From the NCBI GenBank assembly GCA_965199825.1, contig OZ241329.1, forward strand, positions 352,001 to 416,000: a stretch of 64,000 nucleotides of DNA, written 5' to 3'. The position numbers were made by a program, and so were the translations under genes. Positions 63,999 to 64,000 of the stretch are shown here, piece after piece. The notes beneath the pieces are model-generated. The model was not told the origin of the DNA and did no database searches. It saw only the letters and a list, made by a program, of their open reading frames with translations. The first letter of the stretch is position 1, and each line of letters begins with the position of its first letter. Source of the stretch: Bdellovibrionales bacterium (lineage in GTDB: Bacteria > Bdellovibrionota > Bdellovibrionia > Bdellovibrionales > UBA1609).

Positions 63999-64000
63999 TT

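Overview
This is a compact, gene-dense chromosomal window from a bacterium that is probably a member of Bdellovibrionota. That assignment is inferred from a minimal flagellin, a Glt-like gliding cluster, a split nuo cluster and deltaproteobacterial-type core proteins. Positions 1-38.7 kb are entirely minus-strand. In transcription order they hold clpB-ribE-ribBX-ribH-ntrY-ntrX-proS-pyrF-rlmB, four tRNAs, tuf, tRNA-Trp, secE-nusG-rplKAJL-rpoBC-rpsLG-fusA and the S10/spc/alpha ribosomal protein cluster. This cluster lacks rplX, rpsN, rpmG, map/infA and a str-linked tuf, and its EF-G has degenerate domain IV tip loops. The rest of the window has a sigma28-type flagellin with a GGA-rich leader, a basic/acidic diblock histone-H1-like protein, a sensor-less sigma54 activator, xerC-gmhB, recO, ugd, the peripheral-arm nuo genes, a heterodimeric ABC exporter and part of a Glt-like envelope cluster. 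Three exported orphan proteins are interspersed; they share a short signal peptide plus a CxxL/I motif, and one carries a PD-(D/E)XK nuclease signature. No CRISPR array, prophage, IS element or rRNA was seen. All calls come from motif recognition by eye; no searches were run.
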